From the NCBI RefSeq assembly GCF_009914755.1, contig NC_060926.1: 64,000 nucleotides of DNA. One strand, written 5' to 3'. The notes under the pieces are model-generated. The model was not told the origin of the DNA and did no database searches. It saw nothing but the letters and a program-made list of their open reading frames with translations. Made by a program: the position numbers and the translations under genes. Below, one piece after another: positions 15,430-32,274 of the stretch (its first letter is position 1; every line of letters starts with the position of its first letter). The DNA comes from the human T2T-CHM13v2.0 reference genome, Homo sapiens.

Positions 15430-16566
15430 ATCTCGTGATTATATACTTATTTCTTTTCTAATGATAGCTTTCAACTGAAATACTGCATGTGTTTTTCCAA
15501 TTGTTATCACTGGGCAGAGTCCGTAAATTTCTCTCCGTTTGTATTTCTGAAACTTTTAAAAATTTAGTCTCGTATCTGATTTTACCCCACCCCCAGTGTA
15601 GGCTTCTGCTCTGATCCCTGCAGCTTGGAGTTGGGGAAGGAGGTCTCACTTTAAGATGCCTCCTCATCTTTCCTATAACACTGTCATTAGGAGGAATGGG
15701 GGACAGAGATGGGGATGAGATCCTCTTCACATGGCTGACCAGATACTAGGAAGGAAAGAAATCTCGCTACTGCTCTAGTTCTGTCCAGCTTGTGGGTGAT
15801 GCCTATGTGGCTGTGGCTTCTTTCAGGAAGTTGCCACCTTCAGCTTGGTCCCACCCATCACTGATGACCATTCCAGAATTGAAGGTACTTTCCTTGTTGG
15901 CCCCACTCCCCTGGTACACAATCCCATGCTCTCTTCAGAGATGGAGATTGAATTTGCAAGGCCCCATATCTTGCCCCTCTATTAATTCCCATGGTTCTTC
16001 TTGTGAAAGAGAAAAAATAGAAATTCTGGAATCCCTTCAGCACTCTCTAAAGGCTGCAGGGGTGAGTGGAGAGAGGGTCATCCCGTCTTTGCTCAGAAAC
16101 ACTGGGTGATGGTCTTGCTGCATGAGCTCCTGCAGAGGCCTCCCGCCTCAGCCATCTCCCACGGACAAGTGGAAAGCTGTCTCCATACTTCTATCTCCTC
16201 TCTCTTCAGCGGACACGTGCTCATCTCTGCTAAGGGGTCTTACTCCACTTTCTTCACTGGCTGCCTTTTCCTCAATCATTCGGAAGCTTTGCTGTCAGAT
16301 TTATACTCATGTGGCTTCAGAGGGGGGAAGAGTTCTCGCTTTCCCACACAGGGAACTGCACTTTGCATAAGGTTGGTGTTCACAGATGCCTCCCTCCCAC
16401 TGCTGTCCTAGAGACGACACACTGGATCGGGTCTGGGGGAGACACAGCTCAGCTCTGTGTGGGGAGGAGATACATGAACTTGAAATTTCGCAGATCCATG
16501 GTGGCACTCCTAAACATTTGGAGTTACTTTTTTTCCCCTTTCTTTTTGTATCTTTAGTCACAACAC
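15430..16566 (-). mobile_element. Probable ancient LTR (Gypsy-like LTR85/MamGypLTR type), family uncertain
   Basis: ~1.1-kb GC-richer, purine-skewed island in AT-rich flanks, starting TGTTGTG on the minus strand; no coherent ORF. Confidence 0.3.
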
Positions 16567-16987
16567 ATGGACCACAAGAAAACTCCCCCTCAACATCTTG
16601 GTAAAGGCTGAATGGATAAGTGAATGAATAAATATACAGCCAGACTTTATTCCTAATGTAACTTATCTGTATTGCATTTGTCTTTTGCTCAAGTTAAACT
16701 AAGTTTTCTGAAACATAATATTTCAGAAGATCCCTGATTTAAACTAGACACTAGACCTCATGTCATAAGAGAACTACATGCTTTCTCCTCAAATATGGAA
16801 GACATCTCTTTAGTGTGTGCCATATCTCCCCCAAAAGATTGTAAGCTGTGAAAAATAGGACCCACATTCTATTTTTCTCTTCCACTTCTTCTCACTGCTA
16901 GGAATACAGCTGAATGTATAGCTTTCTCCATGTGTATTTTGAGAATAAATGCAGGGATGTTGAACAGTTTATTAGATTCCCTTTGTT

Positions 16988-17035
16988 AATTCAATTCAAT
17001 TCAATTTGATTCAATTCAATTCAATTCAATTCAAT
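16988..17035. repeat. (AATTC)n pentanucleotide repeat
   Basis: About 9 units with two adjacent substitutions. Confidence 0.95.
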
Positions 17036-17372
17036 GCCTTTGTGCTGTTTCTAAGGACTCGAACTTATATTCATTTTTATAGATAATGATGTAAAAATGA
17101 CATACTCTAAAATCATGTATAGGATTAAGACCAAGTCATATGTATCCTGCTTAAAAAATTATATTTGAATTTCATACTACAGATTATTTACATATTAAAT
17201 TATCTTAGCAATCTAGTCGTAAGGTAATAGATTGCTTATCACAATTATCTTACATTTGTACTAGAGTGAATCAAGTTATGCAACAATGTAAAAAACACCT
17301 TAGCATTCATCAGGCCCCTTTACCTTAGCTTTGCATTGCTACCAGATTCCTGATAGAAGCTACATCATTTCT

Positions 17373-18278
17373 GGTGGAGGAGCCAAGATGGCCGAATAGG
17401 AACAGCTCCGGTCTACAGCTCCCAGCGTGAGCGACGCAGAAGACGGGTGATTTCTGCATTTCCATCTGAGGTACCGGGTTCATCTCACTAGGGAGTGCCA
17501 GACAGTGGGCGCAGGTCAGTGGGTGCGCGCACCAGGGGCGAGCCGAAGCAGGGTGAGGCATTGCCTCACTTGGGAAGCGCAAGGGGTCAGGGAGTTCCCT
17601 TTCCGAGTCAAAGAAAGGGGTGACGGAGGCACCTGGAAAATCGAGTCACTCCCACCCGAATATTGCGCTTTTCCGACGGGCTTAAAAAACGGCGCACCGC
17701 GAGACTATATCCCGCACCTGGCTCGGAGGGTCCCACGCCCACGGAGTCTTGCTGATTGCTAGCACAGCAGTCTGAGATCAAACTGCAAGGCGGCAGCGAG
17801 GCTGGGGGAGGGGCGCCCGCCATTGCCCAGGCTTGCTGAGGTAAACAAAGCAGCTGGGAAGCTCCAACTGGGTGGAGCCCACCACAGCTCAAGGAGGCCT
17901 GCCTGCCTCTGTAGGCTCCACCTCTGGGGGCAGGGCACAGACAAACAAAAAGACAGCAGTAACCTCTGCAGACTTAAATGTCCCTGTCTGACAGCTTTGA
18001 AGAGAGCAGTGGTTCTCCCAGCACGCAGCTGGAGATCTGAGAACGGGCAGACTGCCTCCTCAAGTGGGTCCCTGACCCCTGACCCCCGAGCAGCCTGACT
18101 GGGAGGTACCCCCCAGCAGGGGCACACTGACACCTCACACAGCAGGGTATTCCAACAGACCTGCAGCTGAGGGTCCTCTCTGTTAGAAGGAAAACTAACA
18201 AACAGAAAGGACATCCACACCAAAAATCCATCTGTACATCACCATCATCAAAGACCAAAAGTAGATAAAACCACAAAG
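17373..18278. promoter_or_regulatory. L1 5'UTR with internal sense promoter and antisense promoter
   Basis: CpG-rich 5'UTR with an intact YY1 motif AAGATGGCC at 17385-17393. Sense and antisense promoter activity is established for young L1PA 5'UTRs; activity of this copy is unknown. Confidence 0.8.
17608..17823 (-). CDS. ORF0: L1 ORF0, intact 71-aa antisense ORF
   Basis: MAGAPPPASLPPCSLISDCCASNQQDSVGVGPSEPGAGYSLAVRRFLSPSEKRNIRVGVTRFSRCLRHPFL*, embedded in track ORF 17608..17892. ATG at 17823-17821; 216 nt with no stop or frameshift. Confidence 0.8.
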   Translation of the reverse strand: MAGAPPPASLPPCSLISDCCASNQQDSVGVGPSEPGAGYSLAVRRFLSPSEKRNIRVGVTRFSRCLRHPFL

Positions 18279-19295
18279 ATGGGGAAAAAACAGAACAGAA
18301 AAACTGGAAACTCTAAAAAGCAGAGCGCCTCTCCTCCTCCAAAGGAACGCAGTTCCTCACCAGCAACGGAACAAAGCTGGATGGAGAATGACTTTGACGA
18401 GCTGAGAGAAGAAGGCTTCAGACGATCAAATTACTCCGAGCTACGGGAGGACATTCAAACCAAAGGCAAAGAAGTTGAAAACTTTGAAAAAAATTTAGAA
18501 GAATGTATAACTAGAATAACCAATACAGAGAAGTGCTTAAAGGAGCTGATGGAGCTGAAAACCAAGGCTCGAGAACTACATGAAGAATGCAGAAGCCTCA
18601 GGAGCCGATGCGATCAACTGGAAGAAAGGGTATCAGCGATGGAAGATGAAATAAATGAAATGAAGTGAGAAGGGAAGTTTAGAGAAAAAAGAATAAAAAG
18701 AAATGAGCAAAGCCTCCAAGAAATATGGGACTATGTGAAAAGACCAAATCTACGTCTGATTGGTGTACCTGAAAGTGATGGGGAGAATGGAACCAAGTTG
18801 GAAAACACTCTGCAGGATATTATCCAGGAGAACTTCCTCAATCTAGCAAGGCAGGCCAACGTTCAGATTCAGGAAATACAGAGAACGCCACAAAGATACT
18901 CCTCGAGAAGAGCAACTCCAAGACACATAATTGTCAGATTCACCAAAGTTGAAATGAAGGAAAAAATGTTAAGGGCAGCCAGAGAGAAAGGTCGGGTTAC
19001 CCTCAAAGGGAAGCCCATCAGACTAACAGTGGATCTCTTGGCAGAAACCCTACAAGCCAGAAGAGAGTGGGGGTCAATATTCAACATTCTTAAAGAAAAG
19101 AATTTTCAACCCAGAATTTCATATCCAGCCAAACTAAGCTTCGTAAGTGAAGGAGAAATAAAATACTTTACAGACAAGCAAATGCTGAGAGATTTTGTCA
19201 CCATCAGGCCTGCCTTACAAGAGCTCCTGAAGGAAGCACTAAACATGGAAAGGAACAACCGGTACCAGCCACTGCAAAATCATGCCAAAATGTAA
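18279..19295 (+). pseudogene. L1 ORF1p (RNA-binding chaperone), disrupted
   Basis: MGKKQNRKTGNSK...YQPLQNHAKM. One premature stop TGA at 18666-18668 (CGA>TGA, codon 130); the remainder is in the same frame. Confidence 0.95.
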
Positions 19296-19331
19296 AGACC
19301 ATCAAGACTAGGAAGAAACTGCATCAACTAA

Positions 19332-23152
<3,821 letters not shown>

Positions 23153-23924
23153 GCAATGAGATCACATGGACACAGGAAGGGGAATATCACACTCTGGGGA
23201 CTGTTGTGGGGTGGGGGGAGGGGGGAAGGATAGCATCGGGAGATATACCTAATGCTAGATGACGAGTTAGTGGGTGCAGCGCACCAGCATGGCACATGTA
23301 TACATATGTAACTAACCTGCACATTGTGCACATATACCCTAAAACTTAAAGTATAATTAAAAAAAAAAAGAAGCTACATCATTTCTATTTTTGTAACTCC
23401 CATTGGCTAACACACAATAAGCAATCAATCAATAAATATTGCTAAAATTTAATAGAACAAAGGAAGTAGTTTGGGTACCATTACGTACCACCATACAGAT
23501 TTAACAAACTATGAACAGAATAAATAAAAGCAATAAAATCCAGCTTCAATTCAAAATGTTGCTCTTCTTCCCAAGAGAACAAACATCTATTTCATCTGTT
23601 TAATCTCAGGGACATGACACTTACTGTATACACAGAATTGTGATAGGATCTCTAGTGAGACAGCTATGTTCCTAAGAACAAGAACATGGCTAAAATGAGG
23701 GTAGACTGGAGAGGAAGTGGTGATAGGTTTCCAGTAGGAACTCAGATAAAAGAGTGACAGTCAGAACTTCAGAAAAGTGACCTAAAATGTACCGTCACAG
23801 AGAAGGTGGTGCCAGTTCAGTATTGGAATACCACTTCTGCTCTGTTCTGCATAAAATTATTATAATGGTCTATGGTGTGTAATAGAGGTATTCTTATAAA
23901 TGAAGAATAAATACTGGTTAATAC

Positions 23925-24352
23925 TGCATTTGAATACAAGGAACAGAAACCCAAATTAATGTGACTTATAAACAAATGTGTCTACTTCTCACAAAGCGAG
24001 AATTCCGGGGATGTGCCTGCAGCTACCAGCTTTGGAATTTCAAAACAGATGGCTTTGCAGCTCTCTTGTCCTTTCCATCACCGTTGCAAGATAGGGCAGC
24101 CTATATTGATGTCATGTTGTTAATTAATATTCACAGTAGGAAGTAGGAGGAATGGGGAAAGAGGTTGGAGGTGATTTGCCTAATTTTTGTTGATTTAGTC
24201 AGCAAACCAATGTTTTGTAGCCCTATCACCATCATTACCACCAGTACCTCCCTCAGTGGATGCCTCGGGAATGTGTACTTAGCTTGGCAGGAGCTCTGTT
24301 TGGGTATCAGAAACAAGGGGATTGGGAATGGATGTTGGGGCAGCCAACCACG
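23925..24352 (-). mobile_element. Old MaLR/ERVL LTR (MLT1/LTR33-like)
   Basis: GAACAGAAACCCAAATTAATGTGACTTA start and GAATGGATGTTGGGGCAGCCAAC end. Confidence 0.5.
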
Positions 24353-25464
24353 GAGTCTTCAACTGGACTCAAATAAGGTTTTCCTTGCTAAGCCACTCTG
24401 GGGGTCGACTTGGGCACATGGTTCAGTTTGATTCTTAGAAAAGAAAATGACAGTCAGTGTTATTCATTGATTATAATCTTAGTTTTGCAAAATTCTACTT
24501 ACCTAAAGAGGTACTAGACTATTACTCCCAAATACACTAATGCTGTAAGTTATGTAAACACATTTTAAATATGATGAATAGATGTTCAGGAAATGTATAG
24601 TAGCATGTTATACTACAAAGAATGTAAAAGCCCAGAGAAAAAGAATTTTATACTAAATCTTATAAAGTCCTTCAATCTTCATGCATCTCATGAATGTGCT
24701 CCCCAGTGGGTCTCCTTTCTCTGTGATTCTGCACAAGCTACTCCCTCGGCCAGGAGTTCCCTGCTTCCTCTTTCCTATTCAAAGAAAGTTATTCTTCATA
24801 GGAATCACAGAATATCTTGTGATACACTTGTTTTATTTATTATTGCTGAAAACATCATATTCTACTGAATTTAGTATACTTTCCTCTCTTCTGAATAGGT
24901 AGAGACTAACTTCAATTCATAATCAAATCCTCAGAACCATGCAAATTACTCAGTGCACAGAGGAATCTATGGTTATTTGGGTCAATGCAGGAATGAATGA
25001 GTGATGAATGAAAGAGCAAATTAAAGTAAAACTAAACATGTGCTCATTGAAATCTGCTGCTGCAAGTTGGTCAAGAAGAACTGATCCCATAGGGCTCACA
25101 CACATGTGAGAATGCTCTTACAGGAACTAGGAGTGACTGATGAGTAGACGTTTGTGTGCAGGCATATGGCCATTGTTTGTCAGTTACCTTTCGGATTAGA
25201 ATCCCACACAAGCCTTCCTGAGATCCTTCATTAGAAAATATACAGAAAACATACATACTACTTTTGGTGTATTACTGTATAAAAATAGACATTTATTTAA
25301 TGGTGTGTGCTTCTCTTCTATTTATCTTACAGATGTAATTTGCAGTGAATAATAACCTGGATATAGAACAGGAGGAAGCATCTCCGAAGGCAGAGGCAGA
25401 CAGGCAGTTTGGACAGGACGTGCAAATTGTTCCTTACACCACACCAAACTGCAAACTGCAATGC

Positions 25465-25766
25465 TTTTTTTTTTTTTTTTTTTTTAAGACAGAGTCTCAC
25501 TGTGTTGCCCAGGCTGGAATGTAGTGGCACAATCTTGACTCACTGCAACCCCTGCCTCCTGGGTTCAAGAGATTCTCATGCTTCAGCCTCCCAAGTAGCT
25601 GGAATTACAAGCGTCTGCCACCACGCTGGGATAATTTTGGTATTTTTAATAGAGACAGGATTTCATCATGTTGGCCAGGCTGGTCTCGAACTCCTGACTT
25701 CAGATGATCCACCTACCTTGGCCTCCCAAAGAGCTGGGATTACAGGCGTGATCCACTGTGCCCAGA
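25465..25766 (-). mobile_element. AluS
   Basis: Full Alu after a T21 tract; partial TSD GCAATGC on both sides. Confidence 0.95.
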
Positions 25767-27692
25767 CTACGGCAATGCATTTTTGGTGCAGGTCACCCTC
25801 GAGTGCTTTTTGGTGTGAGCAGCACATGGACAAAGCTGCCGAAGGGCAGGAGTCCCTGGGTTTCTCTTGGGGGCCGGTTGCTCTCGGAAGTTCCTCTCCT
25901 TCACTCTCTAAATAGCTGGTTTGTCCAACATTCCTGTTTGAAAAACATCCAGTGAACTATGACTTTGAACAAGAAACATTACACTTCAGTCCCATCAGTC
26001 TAAGAAGTAGTGAAGAATTAAATCTTTCCACCTACAGGGTATGTGAGGTGGTCAGGAAGATAATGAGGATAATTCTCAAACAACTTTTCTGCCTTCGAAT
26101 TGCCCGAGGAAGTCATTTTTTCTCATTTCTGCCTCTTTCTAGTTTTTTTCTCATGAGATAAGTGTGACAAGATGGACTCATGAATAGGAGAAGCTGAGAG
26201 TCATTTATTGCCTCAAGTCTCTGGACTGTTTTAAGAAATGAGAAACCAACTTCACTTAAAAACTAATACAAGTCTAAACATTCTCAGATCTTTTTAGTAA
26301 CTATGTAAATTTTAAGTCGATTGGTTTATGTACTGGACTGACTCATTTTTTAAGGGGGAGGAAAAGGTTCAGGTGCAGAAGTCCTGGCTTCTACCATGCC
26401 AATGGGGACTAGCACCAGCAGTAAATAAGGGAGTGTTATGTGACCTAATGCCAGCAGGTAACCTTCATTTGCTGTTGCTAGACTATTTAACATATTCTAA
26501 TTTATATCTGTAATTTACTTCGGCTTCGCTCTAGAGAGTTTTTGGCTCCTCATTAGTCCTGGAGTGACTGAAGCAATATACATGTTCCCTGAAGAAGGGT
26601 CCTACCTAGTTCTTTTCCATCACTCTATCTCCTTGGCTATCTTCTGTCTACAGTACCCTGTTTCTGTGGCTCCTTTACAAACTTTCTCTTAAGTTAAAAT
26701 CTCCTATGTACTTAAACACAATTACCACATCCCTCCCTTCCATCCAGAAATTGCTTTATGAACTAATGAGCACACTAAAAATTGCAGGCAAATGACTAGC
26801 TATAGGAAGCAGCTCAAAATATTTTAATTATTCTTGGTTATAATAAAATCAACATTCATTGACACCTTACTTGTTTCCAACCATCAGATATTTGTTATCT
26901 CATTTTATTTTCACACCTGAATGAAGTAGGGCACATATTCCACACTCCATAGATGGAAAAGATGAGGCAGTTGCTACCTGGAAAATGAAAGGATTGGATT
27001 TTATTTTCTATCAGTACCCAAGGGATTTCTAATCCAAGATCAAATTCTAAATATAGAAATTTACAAAATAAATCTTCTGCTAGAATATATAATTCTAAAT
27101 ATAAAATACTGTGGAATGTTGGAGCTTGACATCTTACCTGTCTCCTAACTAAAAGAAAAAAAATGTAGAAGAAACAAGAGAGAAAATATAGGGATAAGTG
27201 GTTCGCCCACAGCCAGTTAGGTAGAAACCAGAGTCTAAATTCTGAGCTGCTCATCTCTCAGATTTTTTGCAACTGAAGAGTCTGGAAATTTTATGGCCAA
27301 TTTCATTCATCTTCTGAATGTATCTTTAGCTTTATGGTTGGTCTGAGGAGCAGTCTCTTTGGGTAATTCGTACCTGGGCCAGGGTGCAGAAGTTCAGGGC
27401 TGCTGTGCCCCTCGTGAATGAACCTCACACAGCTGAAGCTTAAAATCCTGAAGAGAGAGCTCCCGTGAGTCCTGCCTCTGTCTTTCTCACTCATCCCCTT
27501 TGCTGGCCTTGAAACAGATTTAAAGAGCCCTTATGTTGACTGAAATAGGATAGGAAACGGCCAGCCACTTGACCTGAGAAAGAATACCACACTAATAGAA
27601 GCTGACTCCTCTGCACAAACATTATTTCTCTATGTGATATGGTTTAGCAGAGTTTGTCTCCAGTGTCTAAATGGACCCTGAATGTAATGCTG

Positions 27693-27734
27693 GTGTGTGT
27701 GTGTGTGTGTGTATGTGTGTGTGTGTATGTGTGT
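27693..27734. repeat. Interrupted (TG)n
   Basis: TG run with TA interruptions. Confidence 0.95.
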
Positions 27735-29879
27735 TGGGGGTGGGGTCAAGGGAAGAGAGAGAAAAAAAAAGTTTCTGTATTCCTGTTCTCTGGATGGATT
27801 TTTTAAAATTTGCTCTTTGGGAATGAGGAAAAACAATCCCACAACAGTAATACTCCTTGGGCTCCATAACTATAAATGCAAAGGATTTCACCAGTGTCTT
27901 TATTAGTCATTATTCCCCGCTGTGACAAAACCTCTCTGTCTACCTCCAGCAGAAAACGCATTTATCAAAGGCTGTTAAAAGGCATTAGGTGTACAGATTT
28001 GTTGCCTCTAGGTTCAGCCTTGGAAGCCCAAATGCTCTCTCCTCAGCCTCCACTCCCACCCCAATGGCCTCATTGCTGTGGCTGAAAGCTAAAAGCCAGG
28101 GCTCTACCTGGCTGCAGCCACACCACCAGTGTCTACGCCACCTCTGCACCAGAAACTTAAAATCACAACCTACTGGCAATCCACCTTGCCCCAGCCCTGC
28201 CACTATTTCTGGATACTCCCAAGTTTGTCCCAACAGAAGAGGCGGAAACTTCCCCAAATGGTTCTCACAGCTGGCTGAGCATGGGAATCACCCATCCAGT
28301 TCTCTAGCCGGGGGTCCTGTCTCCTCAGGGTCTCTGATCATTAGTCAGATTTGGAACCACTGCACAGGTGCTACCCTTGAGGTTCCTTGCAGCGATGAAA
28401 ATCATCTGGGCTGCCAGAAAACCAGGAGCTAACACCGATCTCCAATTCCATGGCTCCTGTGAAGCATGGCTCATATTAGCATTCATTTTTAAGGTAAAGG
28501 AGCTGTGAAACAGTTCAGTTGGAAAAAAGACCCATGTAGCAATCACTGCAGAGCCCCTGCTGCTCTACTTCCTGCAAAGCTGAACATGCATGCTTAAAAA
28601 ACAGGAAGGACTGGTCAGGCATGAAGACACTGCAGAAATCTGAGCAACACAGAAACAGGTTCTGACTTCTGCCCAGAGAACCTACACTCCAGAATGTCTT
28701 TATTTGGCTGTATGTGTAAATTGAACCCATCATTGAGAGTCTAAATGTTTTAAAAGAAAGTAAGATGGGAAAAGGAAAATTACTTGATTCTTCAGTGCAA
28801 TTATTTTAAATTTAGTAATTCCCATTCAGGCAAACATTCTGCATGCCCAGGTGAAAGATGTGTGTGTCTGTCCGATCCCTCACTTGTTCATCTTTCTATA
28901 CGAAACCGGACATTTGTATGTACTCATGATGAACAAAATACAAGTTTTACAGTAGTTTAATATAAGGAAGCTTTGACAAAAATAATTATGTTGATGCTGG
29001 CATTATTTATACTTTCCTTCTTCCCTGTCCCCCGACAATTGTCTAAATGGTGAAAGCTAAAAGTAAGGAGATTTAGAAAATACAAAAACCATTAGAGATA
29101 ATGACACAAACAAGCGAGAAAGAGAGAAAAATGTCACATCAAATCTTTTCACCTAAAATCAAGACAAGTAACATTTAGACAAATATCTTATTTTTAATTA
29201 TATATGAGCAAATATGTGTGTCATAAAGTGCTATATACATTGCTGTATTAACATTGTATTATAGTTATTTTCCACACCATTAAGTATTTTTTAATCGACA
29301 ACATTTTAGGCAATTGCACTATTCGTTTATATGGATATACCATTGTTACTTTATCGAGACATATGGGTCACAGCTTGTGGGGGTTTCCTGTTTGGGCTGG
29401 TAAGCTTCTTATGTCTAAGTACTTGCACAAGAATCATGACTTTAACAAATAGACTTACTGAAGCTAAAATCAGGAGGTTTTAAAAATTCCTGCTAATTAT
29501 TAACAAATGAGAGTCAGAGGAAGATGCAGTAATACATATCCAGTAGAAACAGCTATAGCCCAAATGCTTGCGGGCCGTCATCACTACCATCTCACTCAAT
29601 TAAAACTAAAGAAGAAAACCTGTAACTTTGCATCAGTTAGTACTGATGTAATCCTAGCATTGGTACATCTTTTATGCTTATTACAAAATACTATGAACTT
29701 GCTTATTAGTCATCTATGAATATCATTTTGTCATTGTATTGTATTTTATTGATCTTATCTTTACATTCATTGTATGTTATTTATAATTTTGATCTATTTA
29801 CCAATTAATTTATCAGTCACAGTTGCAGCAATACATTCGAGTGTTCATTTAGAAATCTAAATGTCTCCTTTGCTGCTAC

Positions 29880-32270
29880 TATAACATGATATCATCTCTT
29901 GATTTTAGGCTTAGAAAATCTCACCCTGCTCACACACATTTAAAAGAAAAACATGAAATATTGCGCGCACACACATTTCAAAAGCACAATATTAAAACAA
30001 GCGTCCTATGTGCTCTACACAGCTGAGGAAACGGAATCATATTAGTAGTATCGACCAATCACATCCATCATTCTGCTCCAACAGCTAAACCATTATAATC
30101 AATTTTCTGCTTAGGATTCTCTTAATATTAGCTTCGGTTGTAAAATATATGCATAATTCTCTAGACAATATGTTGGTTTATTTTGCTCATTTAAAACATT
30201 TATGTATATGAATCCTCTTCAGTTTTTCATGCCTTTGTTTTCCAAATATGATACATTTTAGTTTCACTTATGTTTATGTATATGGTTGTGGTTTTTACAT
30301 TTTCATTGCTATATACGTCATTTTACATATGTATAGCGCAGTTTAATTATATATTCTAATGTTGAGGAATACTTTATTCTTTTCAATATGTTTCTATTAT
30401 AAAACATGTTGCTATAAACACTGTATCAACCAGGAGAGAAACATTGCCAGTAGTGTGAACATTTCATGTGAAGAATTGTTAACTAGTAAGACCTACTCTT
30501 AACTACTATAAGGAATGAAAGAGCGTGCTAAGGAGTACAAAAGTAGCAAACACAGAAAGCAGCAACTACCTCAGAGGACGAGGAACAAGGAAGAACCAGG
30601 CTGAGACCCCCGCCTCTTTGGAGAAGGCTTTACTGCGCAGGAGCAGTAACTGCTGGGAGAAGGGACTTGCTGGAAGACGTGGGTAGAGCCGGTCCATTGG
30701 TCCAGTGCACCAAGAAGTCAAGAAGTTTTCAGGGGCTCAGGATGCAGCTGGCCCATCAGAGTCACAGAGATTAATGCTACTGAGCCTCTTGCACACCAAC
30801 TTGCTGGCTGCCATGCTACAAGCAGCACAAAAGCACCAAAAAAAGGGAGCACCTCTCCCCTGCGACTGTTTTACAGTGCCCCACCTAGCTCTGTCTAGAG
30901 ACAGAGCCTCACTTTGAGACAGCAGCTAGAGAACTGTTCACAGGGCCCATCTCCATATCACAAAGCAGGGTCAAGAATGGCGGTCTCAGAGCTGGGTGGC
31001 AATAACTCATAACAGACGCAAATCTCTTCATGTTAATCTAGTGCTCCTAAACAGGAGGTTCCAGGACACATGCCTGGGAGAAGAGGTACTTGGTCAAAGC
31101 ATGTGTGCATGTCATCATTTTTAAGAAATGCTAAATTACTGTCCAAAATTATTTTACCATTTTATATTACCATATGTGAAATGCTAAATCACTGTGGCTT
31201 TAATTTTCATGTTTATGATGACTAAGGTCCCGTTTATTTTCATGTTTTTATGGACATTTCTATTTTCCCTTCTGTACAATGATGGCTTATGTTTTTTGCT
31301 CATTTTCCTAATGTGTGTGTGTGTGTGCACGCGTGTGCACGTTTGTCCTTTTTAATTGGTTTTATCAGTTTTTTATGTAACATGTTTATATATTATGAAC
31401 TCTTTTGGGTTATATGTTTTGCAAATATCTTCTCCCAGTGGTTAATGTCTTCATGGTGCCTTTTGTTTAATATAATTTATTAATTTTATGTAAACCAAGT
31501 TAACAATATTTGTTTTCCTTTTAGTTTGGGCATCACAGACTTGTTTATGAACTCCTTTATTTGGGAAACTAAATATTCTGCCACTTTTTCCTACCATTTT
31601 TTAAATTTTTGACTTTGCATTCAAATCTGTAATCCATGTGGGTTTAATTTTTTTGGGAGATAGGTACATAGAATAAGTATATATTTTACTTTACAAAATA
31701 AATATGAATTAGTTGCTCTAGCACCATTTATTGAAGACGGTTTTGTACTGGCTTATGTACAATAAAACTAGTTTTTTCATAAATACAGGTTTTTATTATT
31801 TTAGGGCCATTTATTCTGTTTCTTTCTGTTCTGATCTATTTATATCAGTCAGTACCAGCCTATACCATCCTAAATATTGTAGATTTATATTAACTAATAA
31901 TGTCAGGAAGAATGATTCTCTCCATCTGCTCCTTTCTCAACAATATACTGGCAATTTTTGAAATTCTATATAATTTGAGAATGTACTTGTCAAATTCCAT
32001 GAAAAACTGAATTCTTGAAACAAGGTTTGGGAAGAGTTGAAGTTTTTACAAGGAGTCCTTCAATCCATGAATCTAACACATTTCTACATTGATTTGAGTC
32101 TTACTTAATTACTTTGAATAAAGGCTCATTTTTTTTCCAAAAGGTTTGAATCTACCGGTGGCATCCTTCTGCTTGTGCATGCTTTCGTATTTTAACAGTG
32201 GTATTTTCTAAATGCTGTAGTCCATGTGTGGAAACGCAGCTGATTTTTCATGAGGATTTCATAACTAGTC
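29880..32270 (-). mobile_element. Ancient L1M fragments, interrupted by LTR41
   Basis: T-rich antisense L1 motifs such as TTTGCAAATATCTTCTCCCAG and CTAGCACCATTTATTGAAGA. Confidence 0.7.
30422..31020 (-). mobile_element. LTR41-like ERVL solo LTR
   Basis: AAGAATTGTTAACTAGTAAG, GCAGCAACTACCTC, and TATCACAAAGCAGGG...GAGCTGGGTGGCAATAA near the end. Confidence 0.7.
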
Positions 32271-32274
32271 TGAT

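Noticed and set aside
15792-16604. Processed pseudogene
   Set aside because: No recognisable protein in any frame, no poly(A) tail and no TSD.
23196-23230. G-quadruplex-like G runs
   Set aside because: Standard feature of the L1PA 3'UTR.
25409-25915. 168-aa ORF, and similar ORFs at 38442, 57135 and 5212
   Set aside because: Typical antisense-Alu translations (LECSG, GLELLTS); not genes.
27989-28432. 147-aa ORF
   Set aside because: GTG start, low-complexity Ser/Pro composition, no recognisable homology; probably an old LTR.
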